A stretch of 64,000 nt of DNA from an uncultured Nitrososphaerota archaeon (lineage in GTDB: Archaea; Thermoproteota; Nitrososphaeria; Nitrososphaerales; Nitrosopumilaceae). Under the pieces are notes generated by a model. The model worked only from the letters and a program-made list of their open reading frames with translations. It did no database searches and had not been told where the DNA came from. Of this stretch, positions 61,164 to 64,000 are shown in pieces. Made by a program: the position numbers and the translations under genes. The stretch spans positions 544,001-608,000 of the forward strand of contig OY969559.1 in assembly GCA_963701075.1 (NCBI GenBank), read 5' to 3'. Every line of letters begins with the position of its first letter. Position 1 is the stretch's first letter.

Positions 61164-62382
61164 TTGGCAAAGATAAAATCGCTGCAATGTAGAGAATGTA
61201 AGAAAGAGTATACTCCTACATTTAGGTACATCTGCGAAGAATGCTTTGGCCCTCTTGACGTGTGTTATGATTTTCCTAAAGTGAACAAGAATACATTTGC
61301 AAATCGTGAACATACTTACTGGCGCTACCATGAGTCTGTTGCCAATTGAATCAAAATCAAACATTGTAAGTATTGGTGCAGGACTCACTCCTCTCATTAA
61401 AGCAGACAAACTAGGTGAGCAGCTTGGTCTTAATAATTTGTATATAAAAAATGATTCTGTAAATCCTACTTTTTCATTCAAAGATAGACCAGCAGGTGTT
61501 GCAGTTTCAAAAGCAAAAGAATTTGGTCTTTCTGCAGTAGGGTGTGCATCAACTGGAAATCTCGCCTCAGCTACTGCAGCTCATGCTGCAAAGGGTGGTT
61601 TTCCATGTTATATTTTTGCACCAAGTGACATAGAGCATGCAAAAATCACACAAGCTCTTTCCTATGGGGCAAATTTCATTGCAGTTGATGGTACATACGA
61701 TGACGCAAATAGAATTGCAGCACAGATAGGAGATAGTAAGGGAATAGGAATAGTAAACATTAACATGCGCTCATACTATGTTGAAGGATCAAAAACTCTA
61801 GCCTTCGAAGTTGCAGAACAACTTGATTGGCAAGTGCCTGATCAACTCATAGTACCTGTGGGGAGTGGTGCCATGTTAAATGCCATCTGTAAGGGATTTG
61901 AGGAACTTGAAGGATTATCCCTCGTAAACAAAGTATCTAACATGCATATGATTGCAGCACAGCCGCACGGTTGTGCCCCAGTGGTAGATGCCTTTAAGAA
62001 AAATAAAACTGAGATTATACCAGTAGAGCATCCAGATACAATTGCAAAGAGCCTTGCCATTGGAGATCCAGGAGATGGCCAATATGTACTCAAACGATTA
62101 AAACAGTACAATGGATACGCTGAAGAATCATCAAACAGAGAGATTCTGGATGCTATTCTATTACTTGCAAGAACCGAAGGAATCTTTACAGAGCCTGCTG
62201 GAGGTGTGGCAGTTGCGGTTCTCAAAAAGATGATAGAAGCAGGAAAAATTGACAAGAATGACTCCGTTATATGCTATGTAACAGGAAATGGTTTGAAGAC
62301 TACTGAGGTAATGATGGAAGTACTTTCAAAGCCTCAAACCATGCAAGCTGACATATCTAAGATTGCTGCACTGGTGAGATAA
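61164..62382 (+). CDS. thrC: Threonine synthase (apparent frameshift at 61335)
   Basis: N-terminal CREC...CEEC, YWRY, NPTFSFKDR, CASTGN, EGSKT, TGNGLK; joined by removing the extra t in AG[t]CT. Confidence 0.9.
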
Positions 62383-62383
62383 T

Positions 62384-63701
62384 GTGGCCAGTATAAAATT
62401 CACCATACCATCAGTACTAAACAAAGGTGGAGGGGAAAAAAAAGTCGATATCTTGGCTGCTACACTAAATGAGGCATTCGCCAAGGTCTCAGAACAGTTT
62501 GGAGATGAATTCAAACGAAGGGTTCTAAATCCTGATGGCACTCCTCGTTCTCTAATCAACATATACGTAAATGGCAAAAATATGAGGTTTTCAGGAGGGA
62601 TGGAAACTACGCTAAAGGATGGTGACGAGATCTACATACTTCCAGCAGTAGCTGGTGGTTCTGAACTATCTAGTAAGGAACTTGAACGATATTCTAGACA
62701 AGTTATGCTTGAAGAGATAGGCTATGAGGGACAACTAAAGATTAGGAATGCAAAAGCATGTGTTGTAGGAGTAGGTGGTCTTGGTAATCCCATAGTGAGT
62801 AGGCTGGTAGCCATGGGCATTGGTACGATAAGAATTGTAGATAGGGATGTTGTAGAGTCTATCAAATCTACACAGGCAGACCATGTTTGATGAATCAGAC
62901 ATAGGGCAAGTAAAAGTGGAAGCTGCAGCAAGGAAGTTAAAAAAAATGAATTCTGATGTAGTAATTGAATCTCTACCTGTATCTGTAAACGATTACACTG
63001 CTTTAGATGTTGTAGAAGGATGTGATGTAGTAATAGATGCCCTTGATAGTGTAAATGCAAGATATTCACTCAACAAGGCATGTGTGAAAAAAAATATCCC
63101 ATTTGTGACAGGAGCGGCTGTAGGTGTTTCAGGACAAGTATTTACAATTATACCAAATCAAACCGCTTGCTATCATTGTGTCTTTCCGTCACTTGATGAA
63201 AATTCCATGCCAACATGTAGTACTGAGGGAGTACATCCATCAATTCTTTCCATAGTAGGAGGAATTGAGGTTGCCGAAGCTGTTAAAATACTGATTGGGA
63301 AATCTCCAACTTTGGCAAATAAGCTCCTCTACATAGATTTAGACAATCTGGATTTCAGTACAGCGGAATTCAAGAAAGTTGATGAATGTTCTGTCTGTGG
63401 AAAAGGAGAAAAAGAAGAATTACCAAAACAAGAACTAATAATTGAGGAACTTTGTGGCCGCAGCAGAGGTAAGAGAACTTTTTCAATAACTCCCACGACA
63501 ATGTTCGAGATTGACGTATCAAAAATTACAAATGCAGCATCAACAAAAGGATTCAAGATACAAAATCAAGGAGAACTTGGTCTTTCAATATCCACAAATG
63601 ACATCTTTGTAAGCTTCCTAAAGCGAGGTTCTGCAGTTATTGTGGGAGAAAAAGATGAAGATTCAGCAATTGCATTGTATAAAACACTGGTAAACGCTTA
63701 G
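62384..63701 (+). CDS. MoaD/SAMP-like ubiquitin fold fused to ThiF/MoeB E1-like enzyme (apparent frameshift at 62858)
   Basis: PAVAGG, RYSRQ, GVGGLG, DRD.VELSNLHRQ (after correction), CYHC, CSVC. Confidence 0.88.
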
Positions 63702-63707
63702 AAATAT

Positions 63708-64000
63708 TTACAAAGTCTTAATCACAGATACTAATTTTGAAAAAGGATCTTCCATAGAATTCAATATCTTTCGTGCCTTCTCTTTGTTCTTTGGACCTTC
63801 GGTGAGCATTTTTCTGGCCACTTGAAGAATATTTCTGGGACTTGTTTCTCTTTTTACTAGCCCAATTTTTACCAGATATTTTTCAATATAATTAGGTACT
63901 GCATCGTAGGATATAGTTGGAATTCCCATTAACGCAGATTCGGCAGTCATTGTACCGCCAGATCCTATAAAAAGATCAGTAACAGAAAGAAGAGATTTTC
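63708..64000 (-). CDS. DUF354-like glycosyltransferase-fold protein (partial, continues beyond the window)
   Basis: GSGGTMTAESALMGIPTISY, MEDP. Confidence 0.7.
   Translation of the reverse strand, partial: KSLLSVTDLFIGSGGTMTAESALMGIPTISYDAVPNYIEKYLVKIGLVKRETSPRNILQVARKMLTEGPKNKEKARKILNSMEDPFSKLVSVIKTL

Noticed and set aside
102-63701. Pseudogene or programmed-frameshift calls for ADH, ctaB, ade, thrC and MoaD-ThiF
   Set aside because: Each is a single +1 base at AGCT with otherwise intact motifs and no slippery sequence, so systematic sequencing error is more parsimonious.

Overview
Chromosomal window from an ammonia-oxidising archaeon (Nitrososphaerota/Thaumarchaeota, Nitrosotalea-like by gene content). 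Most of it is housekeeping: riboflavin, cobalamin, folate, purine and histidine biosynthesis, rpl44e/rps27e, TFE, thermosome, exosome Csl4, Dph2, TiaS and an initiator tRNA-Met with two introns. The main accessory feature is a ~12.3 kb integrated element (20743-33065). It is bounded by a 13-bp direct repeat TTTAAACATCGCT that coincides with the likely TATA box between divergent rpl44e and adenine deaminase. The element encodes a tyrosine integrase, wHTH/RHH regulators and an unannotated protein with Rep_trans/MOB_T-like motifs, followed by a non-coding array of covarying hairpins each tied to a fixed AAATTTAGGCACGT core. Its cargo looks defence-related: HEPN, Schlafen AlbA_2, HNH, a Csx3-AAA-like P-loop NTPase, AbrB proteins and a host-type surface protein. 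Seven of the eight apparent frameshifts in the window are single-base insertions within or directly after AGCT, which points to basecalling errors at a modified (probably methylated) motif rather than real pseudogenes. All calls come from reading motifs by eye; no searches were run.
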